A stretch of DNA of 64,000 bases from Octopus sinensis. Taxonomy: Eukaryota. The DNA is taken from assembly GCF_006345805.1 (NCBI RefSeq), contig NC_043000.1:93558001-93622000 (forward strand). The letters run 5' to 3'. Positions within the stretch are counted from its first letter, which is position 1, and each line of letters begins with the position of its first letter. The position numbers were made by a program, and so were the translations under genes. The notes under the pieces are model-generated. The model had not been told where the DNA came from, did no database searches, and was given only the letters and a program-made list of their open reading frames with translations. Shown here in pieces: positions 38,576 to 53,743 of this stretch.

Positions 38576-39012
38576 GTCAACATTTAAAGATATGTTTGGA
38601 CATGTTACTGTGGACATGTCATACTGATGTAGTGTGTGTCTGTGTGTTTACATGTAGAGAATGAGAGATGTTTTGTTGTGTTTTGTTTCTGTAATAATTC
38701 TGTTGTTGAAAGCTGGTTTTGTAGGGTGGAGTGGGGTGGGGTGGAGATGGAGGTGGAGAGGCAACCAAACTTTTGCTCTAGTAATTACTGTTACATGATA
38801 TTTACTTCTCTCCAAACCATTCTCAACATGATACATGGGAGTATGAAGATTTTCACTTTCTGTTATTTAACCTAAGGTCAAACTTGATTCAGTTAGACCC
38901 ATGATGCAGGGCTTTCAAGCTTTATTCATCTATCATCTATACCTCATAAAGCTTTTGTCTTTTCAAGAAGATTGAGTCTAGGAGTACATTATTCAATGTG
39001 TCTTATTTTATA

Positions 39013-39425
39013 CTAGCTCAAAAGTCCACACATAGTGTGACTTTTAAGCTAGTTCCTGTGAAGGGCTAATAGGGCCGCCTGCAGTCCAAAACTATGGAGG
39101 GCAATAATAATAAAGCATTTATTGGTATCCTACCAATATTGTATTACTTTAAATTCACTTTAAATGAAAAACTTGTTAGTTCACAAATTTTCTGAGTTCT
39201 TTTAAAATTTGAATTTTTCAACTGTTAGTATATATAGCAGATCAGCAGTTAGACCTGATCCCAAAACTGGAAGTTCAAGAACAAAATGAAGGGCAAATTT
39301 TCAATCCCCTGGATCATCCTGATTCCAAAATGGTATAATATGTCTATGTAGAGCAAATATAGACTGAAATACTGGTGTCCTGGACAGATGGACAAGCAGA
39401 ATTCTGCATTTATTAATATAGAAGA
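39013..39425 (-). mobile_element. Non-autonomous Helitron
   Basis: Minus strand A|TC...CTAG|T with terminal hairpin AAAAGTCCACACATAGTGTGACTTTT (39020-39045) and no TSD. Confidence 0.65.
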
Positions 39426-40575
39426 TAGTAAGATTCATGTGAGGAAAAATTTCTTTATTATGTATAGAAGGTCATGTTACTCTGTTGAAGCTCTCCCACC
39501 TCTCTCTCTATCTATCTTCCCCTCTCTCTCCCTCTTTCTCTCCCTTTCTGTCTCCCTCTCTCTCCCTCTCCCTCTCACTCTCACTCTCTCCTCTTCTCAT
39601 TGACTTTGAGATTCATTTAGTTTAGACTGACGATAGAATTGGTGATAGAAAGACAGAGAGTAGCAAAGTAAAGAGAGTGTGATAGAGAAAAAGAAAGAGT
39701 ATGAGAGATGGGGAGTGAGGGAGAGAGAGAGAAAGAAAGAGATGAGTGTAAAACAGAAAGTAAAGAGAGATAAAACTAATTAAAAAGGCATTTGGTGATC
39801 AACAGGTGCTAAAACTAGCATTATGTTTTTTTATACCGGAATTTCACCTCATCTTTTATGTTTCAAATAAACCATATCAAATTAGGTTTACATTGAATTT
39901 TCAAACGAAATTAAATAATATCCAAACATTTCAAAACTCCAGCTGAGGCTTTTGAATGTTTTCCAACATACAACCGGGGAAAAACAGTTTATGTCAGCAT
40001 TAGAGTGGGATGTGTTTTTTTGTTTTGTTTTGTTTCAGTTTGTTTTTTTTTCAGGGGGGAAGATCAGCTGTTTGTTCATCTCCCTGAGGGGCATTCACAA
40101 TAAAATAAAGCGGATCTGACTGAGAAGTTATAATTGCTCTTGCAGTTTTGTCTCGCTAGAAACTTATTCGTATTCCATGGAATAATAGTAATAATCATCA
40201 TCATCATCATTTAATGTCTGGTTTCCATGCTGGCATGGGTTGGATGCTTGAAAGCAACTGACAAGGCCAGGAGCCACACGAGTTTCCATAGTCTGTTTTC
40301 ACTTGATTTCTACAGCTGGATGCCCTTCCTAATGCCAACCACTTTACAGAGTGTACAAGCTGCTATTTATGTGGCACCATCATCAGTGCTTTTTTTTTTG
40401 TGGCACCAGCACTAAATAATAATAATAATAATAATAATATGATGATAATGATAATAATAATATGATAATAATAATAATAATAATAATAATATGATAATAA
40501 TAATATGATAATGATAATAATATGATAATATGATAATACTAATAATAATAATAATAATAATAATAACAGTAAATT

Positions 40576-41097
40576 CACTGATGCAGTACTAGGTACTGAC
40601 TTTCATGGTTTCTCACCTTAACTGATTGGAAGTATTGTCATGTACATGTTTTGTCTTGGTATAAAAGATGGTATGCAACAAATATTCTGCTCAATACCAC
40701 AGATTTGCTTGTGACCTTACCCAGATGAGCATGTCCCTTAGTAGCTGACGATATGTGCATTTCTGATCATGATCAGATGTAGTGGGGGAGCATCATAGCC
40801 ATGTGTTGAGAGAAATTCTTTGAGGTTTGAATAATTTTTTTCTGGAAACGAAAAACGACCCTTATTCAGGGACCTTTAGAACAGAATGGGCTGCTTGACC
40901 TGAAGAAAATTCTAACTGGGCTCCACCTGCAAGGTCGTGCACTGTTTATCTTGATATGAGATCACCACGTTGTGCACATATGGTTGTGATGCATGTGCCT
41001 CATGTACCCTTCTCAGATGGGTTGTCATGCTGGCTATACAGGGCTTTGCATATTTTACCTCAGTGTGACTTTGATGGCATGCACTGCTCTCTACTCA
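40576..41097 (+). mobile_element. Second copy of the (TAA)n-embedded ~550-bp element
   Basis: Collinear with 21238-21797 and preceded by about 150 bp of (TAA/TGA)n. Confidence 0.75.
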
Positions 41098-41109
41098 ACA
41101 ATAATTATA

Positions 41110-41505
41110 ATAATCCTTTCTACTAAAGGCACAAGGCCTGAAATTTTGCAGGGAGGGGACAAATCAATTACATTGAACCCCAGTGTTTCACTGGTACTTA
41201 AATTATCGACTTAAAAAGGATGGAAGGCAAATTTGACCTTGGTGGAATTTGAACACAGACCATGCAGATGGATGGAATGCTGTGAAACATTTTTCCAGAT
41301 TTGCTAATGATTCTGTCAGCTTGTACCTTAATATTATAATGATGATGATAATAATTTGTGGGGAGGAGTCTGGTCGATTATATCAACCTCAGTGTTCAAC
41401 TGGTACTTATCTCATCGACCCTGAAAGGATGAAAGGCAAAGTCAACCTCAGTGGAATTTGAACTCAGAAATGCCGCTAAGGCAGACGAAATACCGCTAAG
41501 CATGA
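41110..41505 (-). mobile_element. Two tandem SINE A copies
   Basis: CTGGTACTTA..ATCGAC...GGATG.AAGGCAAA...GGAATTTGAAC occurs twice. Confidence 0.75.
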
Positions 41506-41871
41506 TTATTATCATCATCATTATTATTATTACTATTATTATTATTATTATTAGTGTCAACTATAGACAAGTTAAATGTATGTAGGCGGGAAGAAAAAAA
41601 AATGAGATATTCATATGCAAATATTTCTCATGGAGTATATTACTGTAAGGGAGAAAGAAATGACATCAACCTTTTACTGAAACAAGTTTGTGAATGAACT
41701 TATTTCAGCAAAAGGTTATCATTGGCTGTAATGTATTAGCAGCAATAATAACATTAACAATGGGAGCAAAGATTATCATTCAAACGCTATGTTTGCATCC
41801 CACTGGGCTCGTACATGCTAGTGACATTTCGAAATAATGACCACCATATACATATATATACACATACATAC

Positions 41872-41922
<51 letters not shown>

Positions 41923-41974
41923 ATATATATCTGTGTGTATGTATATATATATATTATAGGACACATGTATAAAC

Positions 41975-42037
<63 letters not shown>

Positions 42038-43643
42038 TATATACTTATGCATATCTATCTATCTATTTGCCTATATATATATATAAACATACACACGCAC
42101 ACACACACACACACACACATGTATGGATATATATATATGTATGTATGTAGAGAGAGAGAGATGTACAGATATCTATGCATATCCATGTATAGACATACAC
42201 ATATATATACTCAGAAATATGCAAACAAGTGCATGCATACACACACACACACAAGATTTCATATATACTGGAAGAATGAGTTCCCAATATGTTTGCTACC
42301 ATAGGTTTTATGCAAATATTCACAGTTATTCTGCTGGAGTTTGGACAGTGAGTGATGACTCTATCATTTTCACTGGAAAGATTGTGGCATGAGATATAGA
42401 ACTTTGGATAATGTGAGATATACTTGTGCCAAGGTAAAAAAAAAATAAATGTAAAGGGAGGTAATTACTCAATGACTAGTATTGATTGTTTGCTTTGCAA
42501 CAAGAATTAAGATATATCTTTGTATTGTCAGAATTGATACAGCATCTGAGTATATATATAATAAATACATGCAAAATTATGCTCATGCATAACAAGCAAA
42601 TATAAAGTGTATTCAGGAGAAATATTGAAGCTGAAAATGCCATCTGCATATATCACTTTCTCATTCATTCATTCATTCATTCATTCTACATCTGTTTTTC
42701 CATGCTAACATAGGTTCAACAAATTCATAACATTGAGGCATCATTTTACAGTAGGCTGTGCTACCGTCTGCTAATTCAATTCACTTCATTTCTCCCTTTC
42801 TATTTACATGACTATATTCTCTTAACTGAAACCGGTAGCATCTTATGCCTTAAATGTGAACACCTTTTTTGATGATTAAGTTCTCGAACAATCTTCACGT
42901 TTTGCTTTGTGTGTGTGTGCGCATATGTGTATGTATGTGTGTGTGTATGTGTGTGTGTGTGTGCACAAGCACAGATGGACACAAAATTACACTCCAGGAG
43001 AAACTCCACTTTCAACACAATAAGTGAGCTAGGAAAATGCAAAATGAAGAAAGAAACTGGTTTGTTTAGGCTTTCAAAATGTGTTCAAACTACTTAGGAA
43101 TTCCTCTGCTTCAAAATATCTTAAATCAAAGTTATATTTTGTAAAATAGTTTTTTAATATACATTCTATGAATCAGTAAAAACATATACATATAAATGTA
43201 TATGCACATACATATATATGAACATATGTACATATTCAAAGTATCTGCTTTCTTATATGGTAGTATGTTCTTTACAATTACTTCAGTGATTGGTATATTG
43301 GTATATTCAAGACACTTGGACTCTGTTTTAGATTTCTACAGCCCTATTTCTTTAAGATTGTTCCTTGTTCATCAAGGGACACAGTAACGTAAAATGCTCA
43401 TCAAATGATTTCATTTTTAATTTTGTTTAAATTCTTGAGTTATTTTGAAATAAAAAGGTAATACATTGGACTAAAATACTTTTAAAAATTAATATTTTTT
43501 TCCCCCCATTTTAACAAAGTTATACAACTTCGCTATTCTACAAATTTCAATTTTGATCTTTGGCAAATATTGTTATCAGTCGCCTGAGACGAAGGCTTTA
43601 AATTGAGTGTAAGTCCTCTCCAGAATGCACAATGGAGTTTTAA

Positions 43644-43866
43644 CCCTCTTCAAACCGAACCGCCTGAGACTGGCCTTGGTTCTAAGGTACAGGCTTCTTG
43701 TTTGAAAACTGATGTGAATTAAAACTTGCCACTAAAAATTTCATGTTAATTTATGTTTTAAACATCAACTTCATTACAACCAAATTTATTTTACTATCGT
43801 TTTCTTTATTTTCAAAATGAACTGCAAGGAAAGTAGTGTTTCAATTGAAATGCATCAACAAAAGGA
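43644..43866. mobile_element. piggyBac-type MITE family 2 (TTAA TSD)
   Basis: TTAA|CCCT...AAAGGA|TTAA. Relatives at 24136-24265 (partial) and about 59509-59716. Confidence 0.7.
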
Positions 43867-44361
43867 TTAAATTAAATAAAGGGTGCGCACTAGTAGAATG
43901 TGAAATGTTAAGACACTTGGTCTAACGGTTAGAGTGTTAGGCTTGCAGTCATTAATTCTCGGTTTGATTCTGGGCAGTGCATTGCATTCTTCAGCGAAAA
44001 ACTTTGCACAAGCGGATGGTAAAGAAACACGTGGAAAAAAAACACACAAGACGTGAACATGCTTTCTCACCCACCATCAGTTATCAGCCAAAACTCATTA
44101 ACCATATATATATATATACAAACACATGCATATATATGAATATGTATATATAAGTGAGCATGTGTATGTATACATTTACTCAAGTAATTGCTGTAGGAAT
44201 TCATAAAATCAGTGAAGTTAAAGGATTTTTCGAGATGAATTTAATGAGCATGAGTTAAAATCAGAAATCCACAGGTTTTTTTAGGGGAAAAGTTCTCAAA
44301 TGTCCTTGTGTCATTAGTTAATGGTATATATAAAGCCATGATGTTAATAATGATAATAATG

Positions 44362-44392
<31 letters not shown>

Positions 44393-44677
44393 TAATAATG
44401 ATAATAATGATAATGATCATAATAATAATAATAATACTAGCAGTAGCAGTAACATGACATAGGAAATTTAAAAAGTCACAAAACATTAGTTTGTGCAGCT
44501 TGCTGTAAAGATTGCATGATAGACAGACTCGCTGCTTTGAACATGCAGATATTCTCAGTGTCTACTCTTTTTTTCTTCTTGTCGTAGTAATCAGTGCAAC
44601 CTTCTTCGGAATATTTGACGTCTGTAAGTATGATTTTACATATATAAAAATAAATAAATATAGAGCTATGGATATAT

Positions 44678-44721
<44 letters not shown>

Positions 44722-44884
44722 TAATATCCATAGTTTTTCATGATTTAATTTTGTTATATATCATTTTACTTTTGCCAAATAGATTTTTGGGGATTTTTGT
44801 TTCTCTTCCTTTTTTTTTTTAAACTGTGATATATTAAGTTCAACCACTTTATATATATTCTCATCATCATGATCATTGTTATAG

Positions 44885-44934
<50 letters not shown>

Positions 44935-44957
44935 CCTATCTATCATTTATCTATCTT

Positions 44958-45020
<63 letters not shown>

Positions 45021-45067
45021 TATACATATATATGTATATATATATATATATATTATACATATATATG

Positions 45068-45098
<31 letters not shown>

Positions 45099-45257
45099 AT
45101 ATATACATATATATGTGTATATATATATATTATACATGTATATATATACATGTATATATATATACATGTATATATATATACATATATGTGTGTATATATA
45201 TATTATATATACATGTCATATATACATGTATATATATATACACATATATATATATAC

Positions 45258-45288
<31 letters not shown>

Positions 45289-45927
45289 CCTGTATATATA
45301 TATATATATATATGATATATATGTGTGCATATATATATATGCACACATGCACATACATATAGCCAGTCATCACCACCACCACTGTCACTGCCATCATTGT
45401 TGTTGTGATTATTATCGTTGTTGTCATCGTCATCATTGTTGTCATCACCTATACCTGCACTGCCTTCATTGTTGTCACTGTCATCCTTGTCCCCACTACC
45501 ACCACCACCACCACCATTAACTCTCTACCACTGCTGCCACCTTTTCCTCCTCTTCATCATCATTACCATCATCATCTGCCTCTTAATCCTTGTTGTTCTC
45601 ATCATCATGATCATTATAATTAAAAGAAAAATTTAAATAAATCATCATCATCATCATCATCATTATTTTAATTTTTTTTTTTATTCATCTCATTCATCAA
45701 CCCCTGCTGATTGCCTCTGCACTGCTCTCCACTTCACTTTTGTTTCACCTGCTCCCATCTACTAATGAGATTCACTTTTTATTTCCTTTTTCTGGTGACA
45801 TCCAAAGTGCCCTTAACATAGAAAATTTATATGTGTTCATTAATATTATCTACAAAAGATATATATAATGTGTATGTGTGTGTATGTGTAGAAATTTAGT
45901 ATATACAACTGAGGCTATATTAAATTA

Positions 45928-46302
45928 AAACAAGAGCACTCAGAGAGCACAAACCTCTGCCAAGGCAATACCAATATCCTCTCAGCGATTAGCTAGAGAT
46001 GATTTTTAAAATGAGAATATCTGAAATAAACTTGACTGCTCTCACAAATGAAAAGGCAGAAAATTAACCCGACCACTCTCAAAAATTAAGTAAGAAAAAC
46101 AGAAAAAGTAATCCAGAATCCTTGTTTGGTATCAGATCGATCCAAAAATCTAATCAGTTTGTGCCAGTCACGACGTCAAACATCCCTGAACGTTTCATCA
46201 GAATCCATCCTGTGATTCTTGAGATATCTTGTCCACAATCAAACAAACAAACAGACATTACAGGAAAACAATAGCACCGCCTTAGCTAATGTGGATGTAA
46301 TA
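45928..46302. mobile_element. Helentron-associated (HINE/DINE-like) element
   Basis: AACAAGAGCACTCAGAGAGCACAAACCTCTGCCAAGG start, AAAATCTAATCAGTT and TTTCATCAGAATCC motifs, (CAAA)n microsatellite near the end. Family recognised from memory. Confidence 0.6.
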
Positions 46303-48329
46303 ACCATCTTTCAAGAAAGTGCCCCAGCATGGCCACAGTCTATTGACTGAAACTAGTAAATGATAAAAAAATATGTATCATAGTTAACGTATACACATGA
46401 TTGATAAGGTAATTGCTGTTGTATTTGTCCAGAGATAACATCTGTTATGGATGTCTTGTGTTTAAAACAATAAATATCATCAAATGATAATTCATCCCCA
46501 CAATAGCTAACAATTAAACACTGCTTCAATTGATTATACTATTTTTTCATTCAGTTTGGCAGCGGTTTGCAACATCAGTGAATAATTTATTCACTTTTCC
46601 CTATGACAAAGGCAATGACTGGCTGTAAGTGCATGCCATTGAAAATGCCCAAAAAGATGTTCTTGCTGAATACTACTTAGACAAATTTTCACCTCTCTCT
46701 CTCTCTCTCTCTCTCTCTCACTTGTTTATTTTGTTTTTTGTGCCACACATCCATAACATGTGTTATCTCTGGACAAATACCACAGTAACTGACCTATCAA
46801 CCATGTATATACATAATGTATTGTTCATTTTTGTGTTGTGATTGGTGTGGTTTACATGTTATTAAACTGATCTCTTAAAATCTAAGTTATGTTTGTACAT
46901 AGTAAAATCGTTGTGTGTATGATGCTTGCCTCTAAATCACAAGTCAAAATGTTTCACCAAAGGCCCTCTTTTCACAATGTCTGGGGGATCAGTAACCAGT
47001 GGCAAAACATAGATACTTTTTTTTTGCATAATCATCAATGTCATTCTCCATTTCATCTTCATATCCACCACCTCCCACATCATCATCATCATCTTCATCA
47101 TAATCATCATCATAATCATGCTGGCTTTGTGCCAAAATTTGAAAGGAATATTATTATTTGTACATATTTGAAATGGTTTTCATTGCTACCCATGTAGTAC
47201 CAAAACTTAGGGCCATTAGGTTTGAAGTTACTTGCCGACAAAATTAAACGAAGTTTAATGTTGTTGTATTTGGAAGTGGTGATGCCATTCAAGATGGTAG
47301 TGGTGGCACTGGTGGTAGTGCTGGTGGTACTGGTAGCTTGTAGTAGCACAGATGGTGTGGAGTAACCAAACGTGCTTTAACTTTTCAAACACAGCAGTCT
47401 TAGATTGCTGCCCCGATTAATCAAACTATGTTTTAATTATTTTTCATGGTAACAAGTACTTTCTGTATGTGCATATATGTGTGCATGTGTGTGTGTGTGT
47501 GTATGTGTGTGTGTCTCTGTGTGTGTTCTGTGATATTGTGTTACATTATACTACTGGAAAAATTAAAAAATTCACGGTTAGTTGTCTCAGTTTTTTTAGT
47601 CTCAGTGTATTTGTTTTAAAAAAATATATATATATATAAAAACAAACAAATAAAATCCCCGTTATCAAAATACTCCCCCACAGTATGTGTGAGTGTGAGT
47701 AATAGATTGTGTGTGTGTGTGTGTGTGTGTGAATTTTATGCACATGTATACAGATTATCTTAATATGTTACTTGTGACAGCCTGGTAATTCCAGGGGGAA
47801 ATTTATCTCATCTCCGTTTCCTCCACCTCCACCTACAGATCCACCATCAACAACAACAACAACATTACCAATAGTGTCAATATCACCAGCAGCACGAAAT
47901 ACCACCACCACCACCAGCATCATCATTGTCATCAACATTACTAACAGCACTTCCAACTTCGTTGTCAATAATACTACCAACAGCACCACAAATACTATCC
48001 ATGCGACCTCCACTCCAGCCTTTACTACCATTAACTCCTCCATCTCTGACTACACCAGGAGAATTACCAATACCACCTACATTACAACTGCCAGTGCTAT
48101 TATCACTGCTACCACCCCAGCCAATACCCACAAAAATGTGTGTGTACACACACGCACACAAACATACATATATATATGTGTATATGTGTGTGTGTATGTA
48201 TATATATGTGTATATGTGCATATATATATGAGTGTGTGTATGTATATATATGCATATATATGTGTATGTATATATGTATGTATATATATGTGTATGTATA
48301 TATGTATATATATATATGTATATATATAT

Positions 48330-48538
48330 ATATACATATATGAATATAGAGATATATATGTATATATGTGTGTATATATATATATATATATACATGTGTG
48401 TGTGTATATATATATATGTACATATATATATATATTCATATATATATAATATATATTCATATATATTATATATATATATATAATATATATATATTTATAT
48501 ATTCATATATATATATATTCATATATATATATATATTC

Positions 48539-48573
<35 letters not shown>

Positions 48574-48588
48574 TATATATATATATAT

Positions 48589-48677
<89 letters not shown>

Positions 48678-49028
48678 CTGTGGGGATTTTCTTTCTTTTT
48701 TTTGTGGCATGTTCCATAGTGAATTTAAGAGTGAGGGTGATTATTTTTAGAATGTTTTTGTTTTGTTTATGCGGCTTGGACTTGGCAGTCTGGTTAGAGG
48801 AAATCCACTACCCCACCCCATAAATAAAATTAAACTGAAACAAAAGAATCTTAATTAAATATAAGATATCTCAATTTTTTTCATCAATTAGTTATTTTGT
48901 GAAGGAAGCTCTCCCTCTTATCCTTCGTACCTCTCTTTTTCCCCTCTTGTTTCTTTAATGGCATATCCATATATAGGTGTGTGCAATATATTATATATTA
49001 AATAAATATATCAATATTACATATATAT

Positions 49029-49083
<55 letters not shown>

Positions 49084-49391
49084 TTTTATATATATAGTAT
49101 ATATATATATATAATATATATATATATATATTATATATATAGTATATATATATATATACATATATGAATATAGAGATATATATGTATATATGTGTGTATA
49201 TATATATATAATATATATATATATACATGTGTGTGTGTATATATATATATAATATATATATATATATTTCTTCTATATATATATATCATATATATATATA
49301 TATATATATATTCATATATATTATATATATATATATTATATATATATATATCTATATATATATATATATTCATATATATATATATATATTC

Positions 49392-49426
<35 letters not shown>

Positions 49427-49573
49427 TATATATATATATTACACATATATATATATATATCTACACACAATATATATATATATTACACATATATATATAT
49501 ATATAGATATATATATATATATACACACATATATATATATACACACATATATATATATATTTATATACACACA

Positions 49574-49652
<79 letters not shown>

Positions 49653-50110
49653 CTGTGGGGATTTTCTTTCTTTTTTTTGTGGCATGTTCCATAGTGAATT
49701 TAAGAGTGAGGGTGATTATTTTTAGAATGTTTTTGTTTTGTTTATGCGGCTTGGACTTGGCAGTCTGGTTAGAGGAAATCCACTACCCCACCCCATAAAT
49801 AAAATTAAACTGAAACAAAAGAATCTTAATTAAATATAAGATATCTCAATTTTTTTCATCAATTAGTTATTTTGTGAAGGAAGCTCTCCCTCTTATCCTT
49901 CGTACCTCTCTTTTTCCCCTTCTTGTTTCTTTAATGGCATATCCATATATAGGTGTGTGCAATATATTATATATTAAATAAATATATCAATATTACATAT
50001 ATATTATATATATATATATATTATATATATATAATATATATATATGTATTTTTATATATATAGTATTATATATATATAATATATATATATATTATATATA
50101 TAGTATTATA
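48330..50110. repeat. Near-identical ~1-kb tandem duplication (TA tract plus ~345-bp unique segment)
   Basis: 48678-49022 and 49651-49996 appear identical apart from one T indel. Confidence 0.92.
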
Positions 50111-50137
50111 TATATATATTATATATATATATATATA

Positions 50138-50178
<41 letters not shown>

Positions 50179-51081
50179 ATATATATTTCTTATTTAGTCT
50201 TGGAAAAAAGTATTGGTATGCATATATGTTGCTTCTTTAATTGGTACTCATCACCACATCATAGCATTGCCATACTTTGACTTCAGGCAGGCTTAGAGAC
50301 AGGTAAAAAGAAAAGTGATTTCAAACACACACCTATTTTGATATCATGCTCGTCCATTGGAGTGACAAGGATCAACTACCCATTATAGGATGTAAGGACA
50401 CACACACACACACACATGCATACATACACATACATACTAACCAAAATACTCTGGGATTTTTCAAGTATCTTATAGTAATGGATCTCAAATTACCAAATAT
50501 TTGATACCTTACTTTCTCTTCCCTTCAAAAAGCTAATAGTGTGAAGTTTTTTAGCTCCACTCACACACCACCAATTTTATTAAACAGAACACACAATGGA
50601 GTTTTGATTCTTTACAATTCTTTCTTTGTCAAGATGCTGGACAAATTTAAATGTTTAAAACCATTTTTATTTTTATTCAACATGTTAACATGTGTATCCC
50701 CATTTCTACCTTAACAACCCTTCTCATTTCATTGTTTTTTTGCTGTTGTTTTCAGTTCTACCGCATGCTTTCTCCATGACCTGCAATCTGTCACGCCATG
50801 ATTAATTATTTTAACAAAATTTTAAATTAAAATTATTAAACCAAAAGTACAGATAATAGAAAATATGTTCACTTCATTACTTGATTAATGTGGTTGTTAA
50901 AATAGCTAGCATTTTGTAGGTTGTGTGTCATGTTCTATAGATATTATCCTCTTATCATTTGGTGCAGCAACGTGGGCGTCTATAAGAGCAATCAGACTTT
51001 TATTTATGCATTTCTGTTGTTTTTGTACACGTGTATGACTCTGTGTGTGTATGTATGTATGTATCTATGTATGTATGTTTG

Positions 51082-51112
<31 letters not shown>

Positions 51113-51360
51113 GGAGGCGCGTGGCTTAGTGGTTAGGGTGTCAGCATCATGATTGTAAGATTGTGGTTTCGATTCCTGGACCGGGCAACGTGTTGTGTCC
51201 TTGAGTAAAACACTTCATTTCACGTTGCTCCAGTCTACTCAGCTGGCAAAAATGAGTAACGCTGCAATGGACTGGCGTCCCATCCAACTTGAGAGCACAT
51301 ACACCATGGAAATCAGGAAACCGGACCCATGAGTGTGGCTAGGCTTTAAAAGGGTGCATT
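51113..51360 (+). mobile_element. tRNA-derived SINE with Meta-like domain
   Basis: GGAGGCGCGTGGCTTAGTGG head, GTGTTGTGTCCTTGAGTAAAACACTT, and TGCAATGGACTGGCGTCCCATCCA tail shared with SINE C tail type 1. Confidence 0.75.
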
Positions 51361-51893
51361 CATTTTTATTTATATATACGTATATGTGTGTTTGTACTCT
51401 TGTATTGACATCCTGTCATGGTTGTAAACAAGTGTCACCTTCATTACAAATGATGTTGTTTATTATTTCTAGTCTTCCATAAAACATCTTTGACTATGGA
51501 GCAATATTACCATGCTAATATGGGTTGGATGGTTTGACAGAATCCAGTGAATTGGAGAATCCCATCGTAGTCCAATGTCTTAGTTTTGACATGGTGTCTA
51601 CAGCTGGACAACCTTCATAACACCAACCCTTTCATAGGGTGTACTGGGTGCTTTTTCTCTTGGCACCAGCCCTTGTTGGGTGGCCTGACAATTTGCAAGA
51701 CAAAAATGCTTAAGATAGCTCAAAGATGGAGAGGAGAATGTGAGTGCTGATTTTAAGTGAGGTGATGAGTGGAGAAACGGTATGGATGAGAAGAGGTAGT
51801 TGTGAGTGGTTGTAGTAGTAGAGAAAGAAACAGTGTAGATGTATTAAATGTTTTTTTTTAATCAGTGTATATTTGCCAAAGTTTGTCTCACAG

Positions 51894-52001
51894 GACTATT
51901 TTTGCTATTACAGAATTTGGAAGTGGTGATTTGAATATCAACCACTCTATATTGTGTTCGAGTGGAACCCTAGAACCTCCAAAATTTTGACAACAACGGA
52001 A
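51894..52001 (+). other. Mef2: 5'-UTR part of the Mef2 first coding exon (acceptor candidates ending at 51893 or 51913)
   Basis: TTTGTCTCACAG|G and TTTTTGCTATTACAG|A. No ATG between these acceptors and the start codon. Confidence 0.55.
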
Positions 52002-52055
52002 ATGGGAAGAAAAAAGATCCAAATTTCCAGGATCGGCGATGAAAGGAATCGGCAG
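52002..52055 (+). CDS. Mef2: Myocyte enhancer factor 2, first coding exon (N-terminus of the MADS box); remainder of the gene lies beyond the window
   Basis: Translates to MGRKKIQISRIGDERNRQ (Drosophila Mef2 MGRKKIQISRITDERNRQ, human MEF2A/C MGRKKIQITRIMDERNRQ). Followed by CAG|GTAAGT at the conserved phase-0 intron after Q18. Confidence 0.97.
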
Positions 52056-52314
52056 GTAAGTTGATGTTTTTCTTCTTTTTTTTATTTTATATTTTTGTAT
52101 GAAGGGAAATGGAATGTATGTATGTATTTGTGTGTGTGTATATGTGTGTGCTTGTGTAAGAGGGGTAGAGAAAAGTAACAAAAGGTAACAGAAAGAAGTT
52201 AACATCATCATCATCATCATCATCATACAAATCAACAGTACAGTTAGCGGTCCCTTGAAATTCCTGGCTTTGTACTAAAATTTGAAACCATTAATTTAAC
52301 CGAGGTGCCTTAGT

Positions 52315-52682
52315 TCAAATATTGTTGAGGTCAACTTTGCCATTTGTCCTTGTGGGTTTGATAAAATAAAGTACTTACTAAGGCCGTTGGTATTAAATAA
52401 CACCACCAAGCCTTGCTCAAATTTCTAGCTGCGTACCTAAGTTAGAAATAATTAATACTACTGGAGTGTGATAAGGGGGTGAGCTGGCATAATCATTAGC
52501 ATGCCTTGCAAAATGCATAGCACATTTCATCAGTCCTCATGTTCTGAGTTCAAATTCTGCCAGGACTGAGTTTGCATTTCATTATTTCGGCATTGATAAA
52601 ATTGGTACGAGTTGAGCACTGGGGTCAACATAATTTACCCCCTCCTTCAGAATTGGTGGCTTTTTACCAAAATTTGAAACCA
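52315..52682 (+). mobile_element. Two tandem diverged SINE A copies
   Basis: GTTCAAAT...TTTGC..TT..TC..T..GATAAAAT..GTAC motif occurs twice. Confidence 0.7.
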
Positions 52683-53743
52683 ATATCACTGGAGTGTAAA
52701 TGACCTCACTAATGTCTACATAATTATTTTAATTATTTATTTATTCATTTATGACACTTTCTCTCATTTCACACTGTGCAGACACTGTTGTTAAAATTTA
52801 TTTTATTTTAAAGTATTTAAAAAAAAAAGTATTAAATAGAAAAAGAGAACTCTTTTTCTGCTCTGTCCCCCATCTCCTTACTCACACACAAATATACAGA
52901 TATGAAGAAAAAAGAATATAAAAAACCAGAAACAAAACAAAAAAAAATCAAGTGATGCTAATAAAAGAAACTCTAAAAATAATAACAATAAGAAAAACCA
53001 CCCACCTCCAATGCTCTCCCCCACCATCATTACCACTAATAATAAAACAATAAATTAAAATGTAAATAAACCCAGCTAAATGAATGGAATGCACATTAAC
53101 CAAAGTTCTTGTATGTGGAGTTTTGTTGTCATTATTTTCATAGCTTAACAATTAAGTACCCTTTCATAAACTGATGTACTTTTGAGCAAAGTACTGTTCA
53201 TTGTGCACCCTGTTTTCTGTTGGCTGGAAAGCTTCTGACATTTCCAACTTGCTCCAGTGAAAGAATGGGTGAGATGGAACGCAAAAGAGCAATGGAAAAC
53301 AAATGCAATAATGAAATGGGTAAATAAAGTAGATATAATTTTGATATGTTTTAAATAAAAATAAAAAAATTGAAAAATAAAATGAAAAGAAAGAGAACTT
53401 TGGAATAAATTATTTACTAACATGTCCATCCCATTTCTATTGTCATGAACTTACATATGTGTGGTCGCATATACCTGGAGTATAGTATGTGCAAATCAAA
53501 TAAATGAGCATTAAAAATAATAATAACAAACAACAAGAGGACGTGCACATGGAATTTATTAATTTGATGCTCAGTAAAAAGAGAGTTTTTGTTATTTCGA
53601 GCATAGCACTTTATCGGAAAGGGAAAAGGGAAAAGTCAAAAGAAGGTAGAAAAATCGCCAACAGCACACATGAAGTTACTGTGTGTGTGAGTGTGCGTCT
53701 GTCTGTGTGTGTGTTAGTTGTTACTCGATTCATGGCTCAGTTG

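Noticed and set aside
47874-48140. Thr/Asn-rich mucin-like ORF start
   Set aside because: It derives from degenerate (ACC/ACT/CAA)n repeats and runs directly into TA microsatellite.
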